In this document: positions 19,691 to 30,784 of the stretch, one piece after another
Position numbering within the stretch: the first letter of the stretch is position 1
How the letters are laid out: each line of letters starts with the position of its first letter
Assembly: GCA_036519195.1 (NCBI GenBank)
Contig: DATDLS010000572.1
Coordinates: 29,390-93,389, forward strand
Origin: Terracidiphilus sp.
Lineage (GTDB): Bacteria; Acidobacteriota; Terriglobia; Terriglobales; Acidobacteriaceae
DNA: 64,000 nucleotides
Direction of reading: 5' to 3'
Made by a program: the position numbers and the translations under genes
Notes under the pieces: model-generated
Told to the model about the DNA's origin: nothing
What the model saw: the letters and a program-made list of their open reading frames with translations, nothing else
Databases searched by the model: none

Positions 19691-21340
19691 ATGAACGGCA
19701 AAGCAGAAAGATTGCTGGTGGTTGAGTCTGACGACGCTCTCAGGGAGCGCATCGTCACGGTGCTAAGCGATGCGGGATACGAGGTATCGACCGACTGCTC
19801 GGACGGGATGAAATCAGTTCTCGCCTTCAATCCCGGCGCAGTTGTCCTGGGTGCGGATCCGCCTCGGCTCGACTGCTGTGACTTCCTCTCAGAAATCAAG
19901 GGGTCCGAACGTACCGGGAGCATACGAGTCGTAATGTTGTCACCGGGCGGATCAGCCGAGCGGACCCGGGGATTAGATCTCGGGGCAGACGATGTGCTGT
20001 CATTGCCGTTCGACCCGCACGAATTACTATCACGCGTGCGCTCACAACTACGGAACAAATACATCACGGACGAGATTCGAGAGCGGCTGAGCGTTGCCGA
20101 GGAAAATCGAAGCACCAACCAACAGGTGGTGACAGCCGTGAATGAAGAACGGCGAACGCTTCAAGTTGGCGGCCTCATGACGGTTGCCGCTCTGATCGTT
20201 GCTGGTCTGGTCATTACCTTCTTCTACCGTCGCAATCAGGAACAGAATACCCGTGTTTATACTGCGATCACCCGATTGCAGACGGGCGTGCTGACGCAGC
20301 AAAAGCTAATGGAGAGCGCGCGCCGGGCTCTTGCAGACGGGGAACGTAGTCCATCCCCGGCAAGCGATCCGGAAAAGCTTCAACTTAAGAAGAAGAGCGA
20401 AGAACTGAGATCGCAAATCGCAATCAGCAAGACAGAAGACGCATCTGCTTTACAAAATCAATTGACCGAAGTAGAGAGCCGCATTCAAAAGCTTGAATCC
20501 GAGGGAAAGATCGCGCAGACGATTATTCAGTCCTATGAACCGAGCGTCTGTCTCATTCATGTTGTACTTGGTTTCCGCGACCACAGTACAGGATTGAGAT
20601 TGCACTACGCCGGGGTAACGAGCAGTGGCGAGCTAACAGCCGACGAACACAATAACCCACTCGTAAGCCTTACTGGAGATGGTCCGGAAGTAGACCTCGA
20701 TGTCTTCGGTACTGGGTTTCTGGCCTCTGCCGACGGACGGATCCTCACCAATCATCACGTAGCCGAGCCTTGGTGGCAGAACGACGATTTGCAGAAAATG
20801 GTTGATCAAGGTCTTGAGCCAATGATTGTTGAGATGACAGCATATTTCCCTGGCGTTCCACGCGGCATCGCCCTCAGCACGGAGAAGATTTCCTCTGTCG
20901 CGGACGTTGCCGTCGCCAGGGGAGATGTTTCGGGACTGGGAATCAAACAGATAGCCCTTGCCAGTGGCCGTGGTTTGGCGGTCAGCGGGGGCCCTGTCGT
21001 GCTACTTGGATATCCCACTGCACTTGATGCAATTCTTGCTCGGACGGGCGCAGACACACTGCAGTCCATTGCGACTGCATCCAAAGGTGATCCGAAACGG
21101 GTGATGGAGGAATTGGCCCGCCGGAACCTGATCAGGCCTATCACCACCCAAGGGCACATCGGCGACGTCATGCCTGACAAGATTGTCTATGATGCCCAAA
21201 CAACTTCGGGCGGCTCTGGCGGTCCGCTTTTCAATGACGAAGGCAAAGTGATTGGAATTAATTTCGCCATGGTGCGTGAGTTCGGCGGATCGAATTTCGC
21301 CATTCCTGTTGGCTACGGCAGGTCTCTTCTAAAACCTTAG
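19691..21340 (+). CDS. Receiver-like domain / TM / coiled coil / trypsin-like (S1) serine protease fusion
   Basis: N-terminal REC fold (LLVVESDD...GADDVLSLPF), one TM, coiled coil, then GTGF, LTNHHVA (His), ADVAV (Asp), TSGGSGGPL (Ser); no PDZ domain. Confidence 0.85.
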   Translation: MNGKAERLLVVESDDALRERIVTVLSDAGYEVSTDCSDGMKSVLAFNPGAVVLGADPPRLDCCDFLSEIKGSERTGSIRVVMLSPGGSAERTRGLDLGADDVLSLPFDPHELLSRVRSQLRNKYITDEIRERLSVAEENRSTNQQVVTAVNEERRTLQVGGLMTVAALIVAGLVITFFYRRNQEQNTRVYTAITRLQTGVLTQQKLMESARRALADGERSPSPASDPEKLQLKKKSEELRSQIAISKTEDASALQNQLTEVESRIQKLESEGKIAQTIIQSYEPSVCLIHVVLGFRDHSTGLRLHYAGVTSSGELTADEHNNPLVSLTGDGPEVDLDVFGTGFLASADGRILTNHHVAEPWWQNDDLQKMVDQGLEPMIVEMTAYFPGVPRGIALSTEKISSVADVAVARGDVSGLGIKQIALASGRGLAVSGGPVVLLGYPTALDAILARTGADTLQSIATASKGDPKRVMEELARRNLIRPITTQGHIGDVMPDKIVYDAQTTSGGSGGPLFNDEGKVIGINFAMVREFGGSNFAIPVGYGRSLLKP

Positions 21341-21855
21341 GTGCCGCCGTACTGCTCAAGCGCACGCTTCCGCTTCGGCCGGCATAGCCTGACGCTCACC
21401 TTGCCAATACTCCTGCGCAGAAAGAGAGTTCTAACGCCTCAAAGCCCCCAATCTGAAAAACGGAAACGGATTCAACTATCATTGAATGAGTAGGTTATGT
21501 CTCAGTACTTTCGGCGGAATGGCTCCGGGAAACCCCTTCTTCCGACACGCTTCATGCCGGATCGTTCAAACGGGAATGGTACTGCTAGCCGAGCAGAGCG
21601 CCCAGAAACGGCGAAATCGCTCGGAAGCCGCCGCCCCCCAGACCCGCATGATTCAGGCACTCCTCCAGACTCTCGCGCGGAGTGTCGGAAACTTTTTTAC
21701 CAGGTGTTTTTCGTGAGGTCGAGATCGGGAAGCCCGACGATGAAGCTCAGCGATTCAAGCTTGTACAGTTTCCCCGATGTCCCTGTGCACTAAATGATTG
21801 AGAACCACAGCCGTTGACATAGCGAGATCTGTAGGACGGCCCCTTCTCCAGATGA

Positions 21856-23271
21856 TTAATGATTCCCGATGCCAGGTCGCAAAGCTCGCAATGCCAGATA
21901 CCGCAGAGCTGCCTGCGCTGCATGAAAGCCAGCCATGCCATGAACTCCCCCGCCCGGAGGCGTTGAAGCACCGCAAAAGAAGAGACGGTTCACAGGGGTC
22001 CGATACAGCGAAGGGGTAGGGCGAAAGAGAAGCTGTCCCAAATTCATGCGGCCGGCAGAAAGATCGCCCCCTATCAGATTCGGATTCCAGCTCTCAAGCT
22101 TTGCGGGTGGAGAGATGCAACGAGCAAGAATACATTCGCGAAATCCGGGAGCGAAACGCTCGATCTGACGTTCGATCATGTCCTGACGGTCAGCCTCACT
22201 CCCATTGGGAACATGACAGTAGGCCCACGCAGTATGTCGACCAGCAGGGGCGCGGGTAGAGTCAAAAAGAGATGGCTGTACAAGCAACACGAACGGAGTG
22301 TTGGACGTAAACTCTCGCTCGGAAGCGACAATCTCTTCCAGTGTTCCTCCCAGATGGATGGTTGCGGCGCGAAGACACTCCTTTGCAGTCCACGGAATGG
22401 GCGCACTCAGAGCATAGTCGATCTTGAACGCGCCGGCTCCATAACAGAAACGTTCAAGCTGGCCGCGATATGCTGTCGGCAACGCAACCCCTGCGATGCG
22501 AATGAGCTGGCGTGGAGTGACGTCGGCGAGAACTACATCTGTTTCCGGCAACTCAATGACTTCGTGGCCGGTTTCAATTCGGCCGCCAAGGGATCCGAGG
22601 TGATGAGCCAAGATATCAGTGAGCGTCTGCGCACCTTCGCGGACGATGGGCCAGCCGTAACTATGACCCGCAGCCATCAGGACAAGACCAATTGCCGCGG
22701 ACGCCGCGGTTTCCAGCGAAAGAACCGAATGTGCAACCATTCCCGCGAAAAGGGCACGAGCCCGGATACCCGAAAAACGCGAGCGGGCGAGCGTGGCTCC
22801 GGGTAAAACTGCGGAAAGACCAAAGCGGGCGAGGAGAAGTGGATGCAACGGTATGTGCTGAATGGGACCAAGCAGGTCTTCGGCCAGATCGGTGAAGCCA
22901 CGAGCCAATGGTTCGACCAACGAACGATACTTGGGACCATCGCTGGCATCGAGATTGGCCACAGTATCTTCAATCGAATGCTCAAGCATGACGGCGGTGC
23001 CGTCATCGAGTGGATGAGCACACGGTGCATGCGGTTCGATCCAGGGAATGTCAATAGGGAGAGCACGGAAAAAGGGACTTACGATTGCCATCGGGTAGAC
23101 CGAGGAGCCGAGGTCATGGTGAAATCCGGGCAGCGTGATTTCGCCGGTGGAGCAGGCACCCCCGATCTGTCCATTGCGCTCGATGACCGTGGTTGAAAGC
23201 CCCGCAGAGGCGAGCCTAATTGCTGCCGAAAGGCCGTTGGGGCCGGAACCGATGATAGTGGCTGTTGGCAT
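21856..23271 (-). CDS. FAD-dependent oxidoreductase, phytoene dehydrogenase-like
   Basis: IIGSGPNGLSAA, GGACSTGEITLPGF, CGASTPPGGGVHGMAG. Confidence 0.9.
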   Translation of the reverse strand: MPTATIIGSGPNGLSAAIRLASAGLSTTVIERNGQIGGACSTGEITLPGFHHDLGSSVYPMAIVSPFFRALPIDIPWIEPHAPCAHPLDDGTAVMLEHSIEDTVANLDASDGPKYRSLVEPLARGFTDLAEDLLGPIQHIPLHPLLLARFGLSAVLPGATLARSRFSGIRARALFAGMVAHSVLSLETAASAAIGLVLMAAGHSYGWPIVREGAQTLTDILAHHLGSLGGRIETGHEVIELPETDVVLADVTPRQLIRIAGVALPTAYRGQLERFCYGAGAFKIDYALSAPIPWTAKECLRAATIHLGGTLEEIVASEREFTSNTPFVLLVQPSLFDSTRAPAGRHTAWAYCHVPNGSEADRQDMIERQIERFAPGFRECILARCISPPAKLESWNPNLIGGDLSAGRMNLGQLLFRPTPSLYRTPVNRLFFCGASTPPGGGVHGMAGFHAAQAALRYLALRALRPGIGNH

Positions 23272-23407
23272 AAAATACCGAAATTCGAGACTTGAGCTCT
23301 CTTTTGACAGATAGCATCAGAATCATGAGATGCAGAACCGTCTGGAACCGACGGGAGAGCCCAAACTCGCATCGAGAGAATGCAGAGTTCTCAGGCGAAG
23401 GCTTGCT

Positions 23408-24997
23408 ATGCAGAAGATGAAAGATGCTTACCGATATTTGTTCGATTCGGCATACGGTTCAGCCAACCATTTTCTCGCGCGTTGGCTCTTCCTGCGGGCG
23501 CTCGGCCTCATTTACTTTTCAGCCTTCTTCTCACTACTTTTCCAGATACGCGGCCTGATCGGAACACAAGGCATCCTCCCCGCCACGGATTATCTGCAAT
23601 CGGTCCGTGCTTTGGGTTTTCTCCGCTTCTGGTACGTCCCTTCCCTGCTTTGGTTTTCTGGTAGCGATCGCATGCTGATGACGCTGTGCTGGAGCGGCCT
23701 GATCGCCTCAATAGTCCTTATTGCCAATGTGTGGCCGCGCATGATGCTGCTTGTCTGTTTCCTTTGCTTTGTCTCGTTTGTCAGCGTGGCACAAGACTTC
23801 TCCGGCTACCAGTCGGACGGAATGCTGCTGGAGGCTGGCTTCCTTTCCCTATTTCTTGGGCCTTCCGGAATTCTTCCTGGGTTGGGAAGGAAACAGCCGC
23901 CCATTCGGGCAGCTATGTTTCTGCTGTTATGGGAGTGGTTTCGAATCTATTTTCAATCGGGCGTAGTCAAGCTGGAGAGCGGCGACCCGACTTGGCGGAA
24001 CCTGACAGCCATGTACGAGTACTATCAAAATGGCCCCCTCCCTACTTGGATCGGCTGGTACGTGCAGCGTCTACCGCACTGGTTTCATGTCGCTACCGCC
24101 GCAGCCACACTCCTAATGGAACTTGTGCTTGTCTGGATGTCCTTCCTACCGCGACAATGGAAGACCGTCTGTTTCTTCGTCGTTACGGCATGGCAGGCGG
24201 TAGTCATCGCCACTGCAAATTACGCCTTCCTGAATTACCTCGTCCTCGTGCTCGCAGTTTTGTTGCTGGATGATGGTTTTCTGCAGCGTTTCATCCTCAT
24301 TCGGTGGCAGAAAAAGCTTCCTGGAAACGCTCTCGAAGCGAATACAGAGTCAACGATCCCAGCCGGGGCGAACATGGCCGCATCTTTCCGAGGGGGGATC
24401 TTCGCAGTTGTACTCGTTTGGATCTTCTATGCAACCAGCCTTCCCCTTGTGCAGATGTTCTGGCACACAGCTTTACTTCCTACAAAACCGATTGCTGCGC
24501 TGGAACCCTTCCGTATCGCCAATCAGTATGGCTTGTTCGCCGTTATGACGCCTCATCGCTACGAAATCGAGTTCCAAGGATCCGACGACGGAGAGCGTTG
24601 GAGTGCATATCCGTTCCGCTACAAGCCCCAGGCCCTCAATGAACGCCCTCGTATCTATGCACCTTATCAGCCACGCTTCGACTGGAATCTCTGGTTTGCC
24701 TCCCTCGGCTCATGGCAGCAGAATCTTATCGTGCCGCGGACCGAGGAGTCTCTCCTGACGAATGATCCTGACGTGCTTGGACTCTTCGCGGGCAATCCCT
24801 TTCCCTCTGCTCCGCCACATCTGATTCGTGTCGTACTTTGGCAATATTGGTTCAGCACCCCGGAACAGAAACATACGGAAGGCAACTGGTGGCGACGCCA
24901 ACTTCTTGGTACTTATGCTCCCACCCTGTCTCGACTTCCCAATGGTCAATTCGGGATTGTTGATGAGCCTACCTTGGATGGCCCGTTGCAGCCATGA
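23408..24997 (+). CDS. Lipase maturation factor (LMF1) family membrane protein
   Basis: FLRALGLIYFSAF, SDGMLLEAGF, YYQNGPLP, TANYAFLNYL, NQYGLFAVMT, APYQPRFDWNLWFASL. Start is uncertain (ORF open from 23330). Confidence 0.9.
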   Translation: MQKMKDAYRYLFDSAYGSANHFLARWLFLRALGLIYFSAFFSLLFQIRGLIGTQGILPATDYLQSVRALGFLRFWYVPSLLWFSGSDRMLMTLCWSGLIASIVLIANVWPRMMLLVCFLCFVSFVSVAQDFSGYQSDGMLLEAGFLSLFLGPSGILPGLGRKQPPIRAAMFLLLWEWFRIYFQSGVVKLESGDPTWRNLTAMYEYYQNGPLPTWIGWYVQRLPHWFHVATAAATLLMELVLVWMSFLPRQWKTVCFFVVTAWQAVVIATANYAFLNYLVLVLAVLLLDDGFLQRFILIRWQKKLPGNALEANTESTIPAGANMAASFRGGIFAVVLVWIFYATSLPLVQMFWHTALLPTKPIAALEPFRIANQYGLFAVMTPHRYEIEFQGSDDGERWSAYPFRYKPQALNERPRIYAPYQPRFDWNLWFASLGSWQQNLIVPRTEESLLTNDPDVLGLFAGNPFPSAPPHLIRVVLWQYWFSTPEQKHTEGNWWRRQLLGTYAPTLSRLPNGQFGIVDEPTLDGPLQP

Positions 24998-25084
24998 AGG
25001 TTCGGATCCAAATCGTCACTCAGATGGCATCATTGCACCTCCGGATCTGTAGTCCTTCTTCAACAGGAACGACCCAAGCCTGTA

Positions 25085-25332
25085 TCCAAGAGTCAACCGG
25101 AGCTTCTTGTTTTGCAGCCTGTGCAGGGCGAGATTGGTCTTAGCAAGGCCAGCGGCGGAGAGCAAGGGGTTGTGGGCGCGATTCTCAAGAAAACGATGAT
25201 GTCGTGCTCACCAATGACGACGTTGGCGGCGGCGTTGATGAAGTCAAGGAAGATGTGCTGGAATCGGGCGGTGGCGTAACCATTGCCGATCCGTTCCCTA
25301 AGGAGCCGATAGTGGCAGTTGGCCATCATCAT
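25085..25332 (-). mobile_element. C-terminal remnant of a DDE transposase (frameshifted)
   Basis: MANCHYRLLRERIGNGYATARFQHIFLDFINAAANVVIGEHDIIV, frameshift, then ENRAHNPLLSAAGLAKTNL...KKLRL. Recalled similarity to C-termini of large transposases; family not determined. Confidence 0.55.
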
Positions 25333-26707
25333 GTGGGCGCATTGGGGACCCCAATCAGCCCCTCAGATGGGAGACTGGTACGCGCGCAACATGTACATCG
25401 AGGGGAGCCACCAATATGATTCCCACCTGAAGACGTATGGGCACCCCTCGAAATTCGGTTACAAGGATGTCATTCCGACATGGAAAGGCGAGAACCTCGA
25501 TCCGAATTATCTTGTTGGACTCTACAAGAGGGCCAGGGCCAAATATTTCTGCAGCGCGGAAGTGCACTGCGACAACTTTGACATGTGGAACTCGACTCAT
25601 CACCGCTGGAATGCAGCGCAGATGGGCATCAAGAAAGATGTAGTGGGCCTGTTTTGCGATGCGGCGCGCGACCATGGGCTCAAGTTTGGTGTCACAGAGC
25701 ATGTGTGGGGAAGTTGGAACTGGTTCGCGGTAAACAAGGGCTCAGACAAACAAGGCCCCTATGCAGGCGTTCCTTACGATGGCAACAACCCTGCCAATTG
25801 GGATCTTTACCATGAACCCCACCCGATATCCGACATTCCCTGGGCGGAGTTAGGTAACGAGCCAGAGACGTGGAAACGCGAATGGCTCATGAGGATCATG
25901 GAACTGGTGGATAAGTATCAACCAGATCTGCTCTACACCGATGGGGCAATCCCATTCGGCGACTGGGGCCGTAGCCTGGTGGCGCACTACTTCAACCAGA
26001 GCCTGCGCTGGCACCGCGGAAGTATGGAGGTCGTATACACGTGTAAGAAGGAAAGCGATTGCGCGATCGGCACATGCGTGCTCGATGTGGAACGCGGGGT
26101 TTTTGATGGTCTCTCGAAGGAGCCGTGGCAGACCGACACCTGCGTTGGCGACTGGTTCTACAACAGGGAGGTTGAATATAAGAGCCCCAAGCGAGTGGTC
26201 GATATGCTTGTAGACATCGTCAGCCGTAACGGCAATCTGATGTTGAACCTTCCTTTGAGGCCTGATGGCACACTCGACAGCAAGGAATTGACGATCGTAG
26301 AGGAAATAACGAAATGGATGGCGGTCAACTCCGAAGGCATTTATGCCACTCGGCCTTGGAAGATTTATGGAACAGGCCCAAGTACGCTGACCGCAGGCAC
26401 GCATGAGTTCAAAGATACGGGAGGGTTTAACGAAAAAGATCGCAAAGAGATGACCGTCAACGACGTACGTTTCACCCTTCGCGGCACCACTCTCTATGCG
26501 TTCATGATGGGATGGCCACAAGGGTCTGCGCTGATCAAGTCTCTCGCAATCGACAGTCCGCAGCAGCCTGGAAGAATCCAAAATGTGGAGTTGCTAGGGT
26601 ATGACGCCAAGTTGCGCTGGAAGCAGGATGAAAGTGGTTTAAACGTGCAGATGCCTTCAGAGAAACCGTGCGAATACGCAATCGCTTTTAAGATCGCACT
26701 GACTTAG
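25331..26707 (+). pseudogene. Alpha-L-fucosidase (GH29), 5'-truncated
   Basis: Begins abruptly at MWAHWGPQS with no signal peptide or PxWFxDAKFG segment; LLYTDG nucleophile region, DIVSRNGNLMLN and IYATRPW present; the usual HHD reads HCD. Confidence 0.75.
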
Positions 26708-26833
26708 ATGAAGCCGCAAGCACCCGAGCAAGCAGACGATTTGCAGGACGTTAGACCACAGCCTCGCGACGAGCATGCGCCGCGCGTCTCTCGCAGTGCA
26801 CAATTGCTCTCGTCACGCGTTCAACGAAAAGAG

Positions 26834-28144
26834 ATGAAAAAGGAACTTTTCTTCCGAATCGTAAAGTGCTGCACTTTGGTGATGAGCCCGCTCGCGATCT
26901 TGGGCCTCTGCATAGTCCTTGTGTGGTTGGCAGATCGGTGCTCATCGATTGCTCATGCCCAACTCGGCACATCTTTACGCGCTGACAAGACGGCGGTCGA
27001 TCCAACTCGCACCGGGTATGTCGGCGATGAGGCCTGCACGCCGTGCCACAAGCAACAGTCTATATCCTACCGCGAGACAGCGCACCACCTTACCTCCCAG
27101 CCGCCAGACAAGACGTCCATCCTCGGTTCTTTCAAAGACGGGGAGAATATTCTCATGATCGCGAACCCGGCTACGACTGATGTACATGCCCGCCTGTTCT
27201 TCAAGATGGATTTCAAAGAAGGCGGCTATTATCAAACCGCCGTCGCCGAGGCAGGCGAAATGAAGCTGGCTCGGAGTGGACGGATCGACGTCGTAATCGG
27301 TTCCGGTGTGCGCGGCTAGTCATATCTATACTGGTCCGGCGACACGTTGTATGAGCTTCCCGTAAGCTACTGGTCTGAAGGAAAACAATGGATCAACAGT
27401 CCCGGCTACGAGGATCGCACCGCCAACTTCAAGCGCCCGGTAGACCCGCGTTGCCTTGAGTGTCACGCATCGTACATACACCCGCTTTCCACCGATCCGC
27501 ATACCAACGTCTACGACAAAGACAGTCTCGTGACCGGCATCTCCTGCGAAAGCTGTCATGGGCCGGGCGCTGGCCACATTGCCATAGAAGGCGCCAGTTC
27601 ATCAAAGCAACGCAAGCGTGCCAGTGACAGCATTCTCAACCCTGTGAAGTTTATTCGCGATCGCCAGATGGACCAATGCGCGCTGTGTCACAACGGAGCT
27701 CAGCGCCATGAGCTGACTCCGGCATTTACTTATCTTCCCGATCAGCCGTTGGATCAGTATCTGGCAGCAAGTCCAATTGATCCTGCCGACCAGCCAGATG
27801 TACATGGAAATCAAGTAGGATTGCTGACAAAGAGCCGCTGCTACCTTGCGTCGTCTTCCATGTCCTGCTCTACGTGCCATGATGTCCATGGGCCGGAACG
27901 CGCCGCTGCGGCATATTCCGATCGCTGTCTTCGTTGCCATAAATGGAAGTCCTGCGGTGTTTCCCGCACTATGGGGGGAAGCATCACCCATAACTGCATC
28001 GACTGCCATATGCCCTTGCAGCAGAGCGGCAGTGTCGTCCCTCTTACGGCAGGCAAATTCTTACACACTTCGATTCGCTCTCACTGGATCAAGGTCTATC
28101 CGGGAACGGACCCTGCATCCGCTCCTCAGTCCGCATTGCGCTAA
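26834..28144 (+). pseudogene. Heptaheme c-type cytochrome interrupted by an in-frame TAG
   Basis: ORFs 26708-27319 and 27347-28144 share a frame: GSGVRG*SYLYW, with TAG at 27317-27319 (likely CAG). Seven CxxCH motifs and an N-terminal hydrophobic anchor. Confidence 0.85.
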
Positions 28145-28621
28145 TGAGAAATGATGTGACGCCAATCAATCACGCCAGGCTTAGTACTGCGGTTGTAGAT
28201 AGAATGCCGGAAGTGGCGAAGATCGCTTTCGGTGGTAGCGTAGTCGCCGAGGATGGCGTGGAATTGGTGCTGTCTTCGTCAATGGAACCAGTTGAGGGGA
28301 AGGTCAACACCGTGCCATCCGCGCTGGAACGCGCGTGTGAACAAACGACGCACCTTGGGTATGCTTGGCGGAATTTGTTCAGGCGGCCTTTTTTACTTCG
28401 AACTCGCAGAACAGTCAAAACCGCAGCGGTCAGCATAGCGAGGGTGATATGCTTGCATCGCAACTGTCAATCGCCCAAACTCCCTGAGGATTTTGAACGG
28501 GCTTTAATCCCTGAATTTGGCCAGAGAATACACTTTCAAGCGCAGGTGTTGGCATGGTTTTCACTTGCCACTTACTCGCGGAAATGTCCAGGCAACTAAG
28601 CCCGCAGAGGAGACGGAACTG

Positions 28622-30252
28622 ATGCAATTGAATGTCCGGTTGCTCACTCGACGCAATCTCATGAAGTCCGCCGGCCTTTTTGCCAACGCAGCGGCGATCC
28701 AATCGATAACCCCTGCCAAATTTTGGGCGCAGGCCGGCGCACACATGGGTGCTCCAGACGCTTATGCAGTTCCGAAGCCAGATCTTGTTGGACCCGTCGA
28801 GCCGGACTGGCAGAGCGTCCGCGAATTCTACCAGGTGCCGAGGTGGTTTCATGAGGCAAAGATCGGCATCTTTATTCATTGGGGACTCTACTCCATTCCA
28901 GCCCACAAAAGCGAATGGTATTCAAAGTGGAGGTATACAACCGATGTGGAATGGCATACGCAGCACTATGGCCCCCCAGATAAATTCGGCTACAAGGACT
29001 TCATTCCGCTTTTTCATCCGTCAAAGTTTGATGCAGCCGAATGGATCGCTCTTTTTCAGCGCTCGGGCGCGCGTTATATGTGTCCCGTCGCCGAACATCA
29101 CGATGGATTTGCGATGTGGAACAGTGATATCACTCCGTGGTGCGCCGGCAAGATGGGTCCAAAGCGCGATCTCATTGGGGAGCTGGAGAAAGAAGCTCGC
29201 AAGCACAACATGATCTGGGGCTGCTCGACCCACCGCATGGAACATCACACATTCATGTATCCTGCGCCCGGCGCTCCAAATGATGAGTTTGACCCGAGGT
29301 ACGCAGGCTTCTACGGCCCCCCATTCAGGATGTGGATATGAATGGACCCAATGCGAGCCCTTCTTTCCAAGGAGATTGGTTAGCGCGGATCCAGGAGATC
29401 GTGGATAAGTATCATCCAGAGATCCTTTACATGGATAACGGAGTGAACCCGCGTGAGTATGATCCGATCAAGCTTCGCGCTGCAGCTTATCTCTTCAACC
29501 GCGCGCGTCAAGTTGGTTACGAGACAACACTTTGCACCAAACAATGGGCCTATCTCTATGGAACAGTGCAGACGGCTGAAGGAATGGGCGGATCGCCTCA
29601 ATGGGTTTATCCCGGAGCTTGGCAGTGCGACACATCGATTGGCAATTCGTGGGGCTACATTACCGGATTGCGCGTGCTGGATGGTGCCACTCTTGTCCGG
29701 CAGCTTATTACTATTGCAAGCTGTGGTGGAAACTACATGCTCAACGTAGCCCCGATGAGCGACGGTTCGATTCCCGAAGACCAGCAGACGTCGTTGCTGG
29801 CAATGGGCGAGTGACTGCGCAGAAATGGAAAGGCGGTTTACAATTCTAGGCCTTGGCTGCGGCCCGGGAAGGGACCAGGCGTTCCTGAAGAGGCACCACA
29901 AGAGTGGCGTGGATGGCCCACCGGCATGGGAATTCCAGGCAATGCCAGAAACCGCTATCCAGAGCCGCCCACATCCAATGACTTTCGATTCACTACGAAT
30001 CGCGGCAACCTTTACGCCACAGGCCTCCTGCCGCCGGCAGATAGGAAGGGTGGATTTGAAGCAAGGTTGACGACGTTCAAGAAGGGTCGCGCCGATCTTC
30101 AGCATGTGTCGCTCCTCGACGGAGCAAAACGTGTGGAGTTTATGCAAACTGAGGAAGCACTGATTTGTATTGTGCCCGCACTCGACGCGGAGGTTGCAGG
30201 TCTTCCGTACACGTTGAAGCTTGAGGGCTCAATGAGCGGGTTTGAAGCTTGA
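28622..30252 (+). pseudogene. Tat-exported alpha-L-fucosidase (GH29) with one frameshift and one nonsense codon
   Basis: TRRNLMK leader, PRWFHEAKIGIFIHWG, AEHHDGF; frameshift at the C6 run 29317-29322; in-frame TGA at 29812-29814 (MGE*LRRNG, Trp expected); continues in frame to 30252. Confidence 0.9.
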
Positions 30253-30612
30253 GAGTGTTATGCAGAGGTCTTTTTGTCTCGCGGTCGTTGCGGCAATCGT
30301 CTCAATTCCTGAACGGGGTAGACGCACCGGTCTTCAGATCGGCGCCCGTCGCCGTTCGTAGACACCCGATATGGAATCGGCGTTGCCGGACTGGATCGGC
30401 TCGGAGCCTGATCTGGCCTTGGCAGAGCGGTGGGAACGGCTGGCCGGAAGGACCCTGAGATCAAGACCGGCGCACTTGGCATCAGTTGAATAGATGGAGT
30501 CTCAATTTCAAATTGACCGGCACGCCCGTGCGCGAGGACGCGAAAACGTACAGCAAACGCGACGAGCGTGGATTGAAGCCCTGCCGAAGATGCACGTCGT
30601 TCGTCCAAAGTA

Positions 30613-30647
30613 TGACTGCCTCCCCGGCAGAGCCGGTGGATCTCCCG
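30613..30647. mobile_element. Possible solo IS200/IS605-type subterminal hairpin
   Basis: TGACTGCCTCCCCGGCAGAGCCGGTGGATCTCCCG forms a CCGGC-AGA-GCCGG hairpin resembling recalled IS200-group ends; no adjacent tnpA. Confidence 0.35.
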
Positions 30648-30784
30648 TGTTCATTCGCGCTGCCGATTCCAAGAGGGACTGATTTACTATCAGTTTTCTG
30701 CTACACAAACACCCGGTACTAGCCGTCGAGCAGGCTAGGAAGGCAAGATTTAAGCAAATCTGCTCTGAACTACGGAGACTCCCA

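Noticed and set aside
21856-23271. Carotenoid biosynthesis cluster
   Set aside because: No crtB, crtE or cyclase nearby; this is the broad phytoene-dehydrogenase-like family.
28144-28599. ORFs between the cytochrome and the second fucosidase
   Set aside because: No family similarity recognised on either strand; probably intergenic or unrecognisably decayed.
27317-29814. In-frame TAG (Gln position) and TGA (Trp position) as genetic-code reassignment or Pyl/Sec recoding
   Set aside because: TAG and TGA terminate many intact genes in this window, both changes are single transitions, and the region carries other decay lesions.
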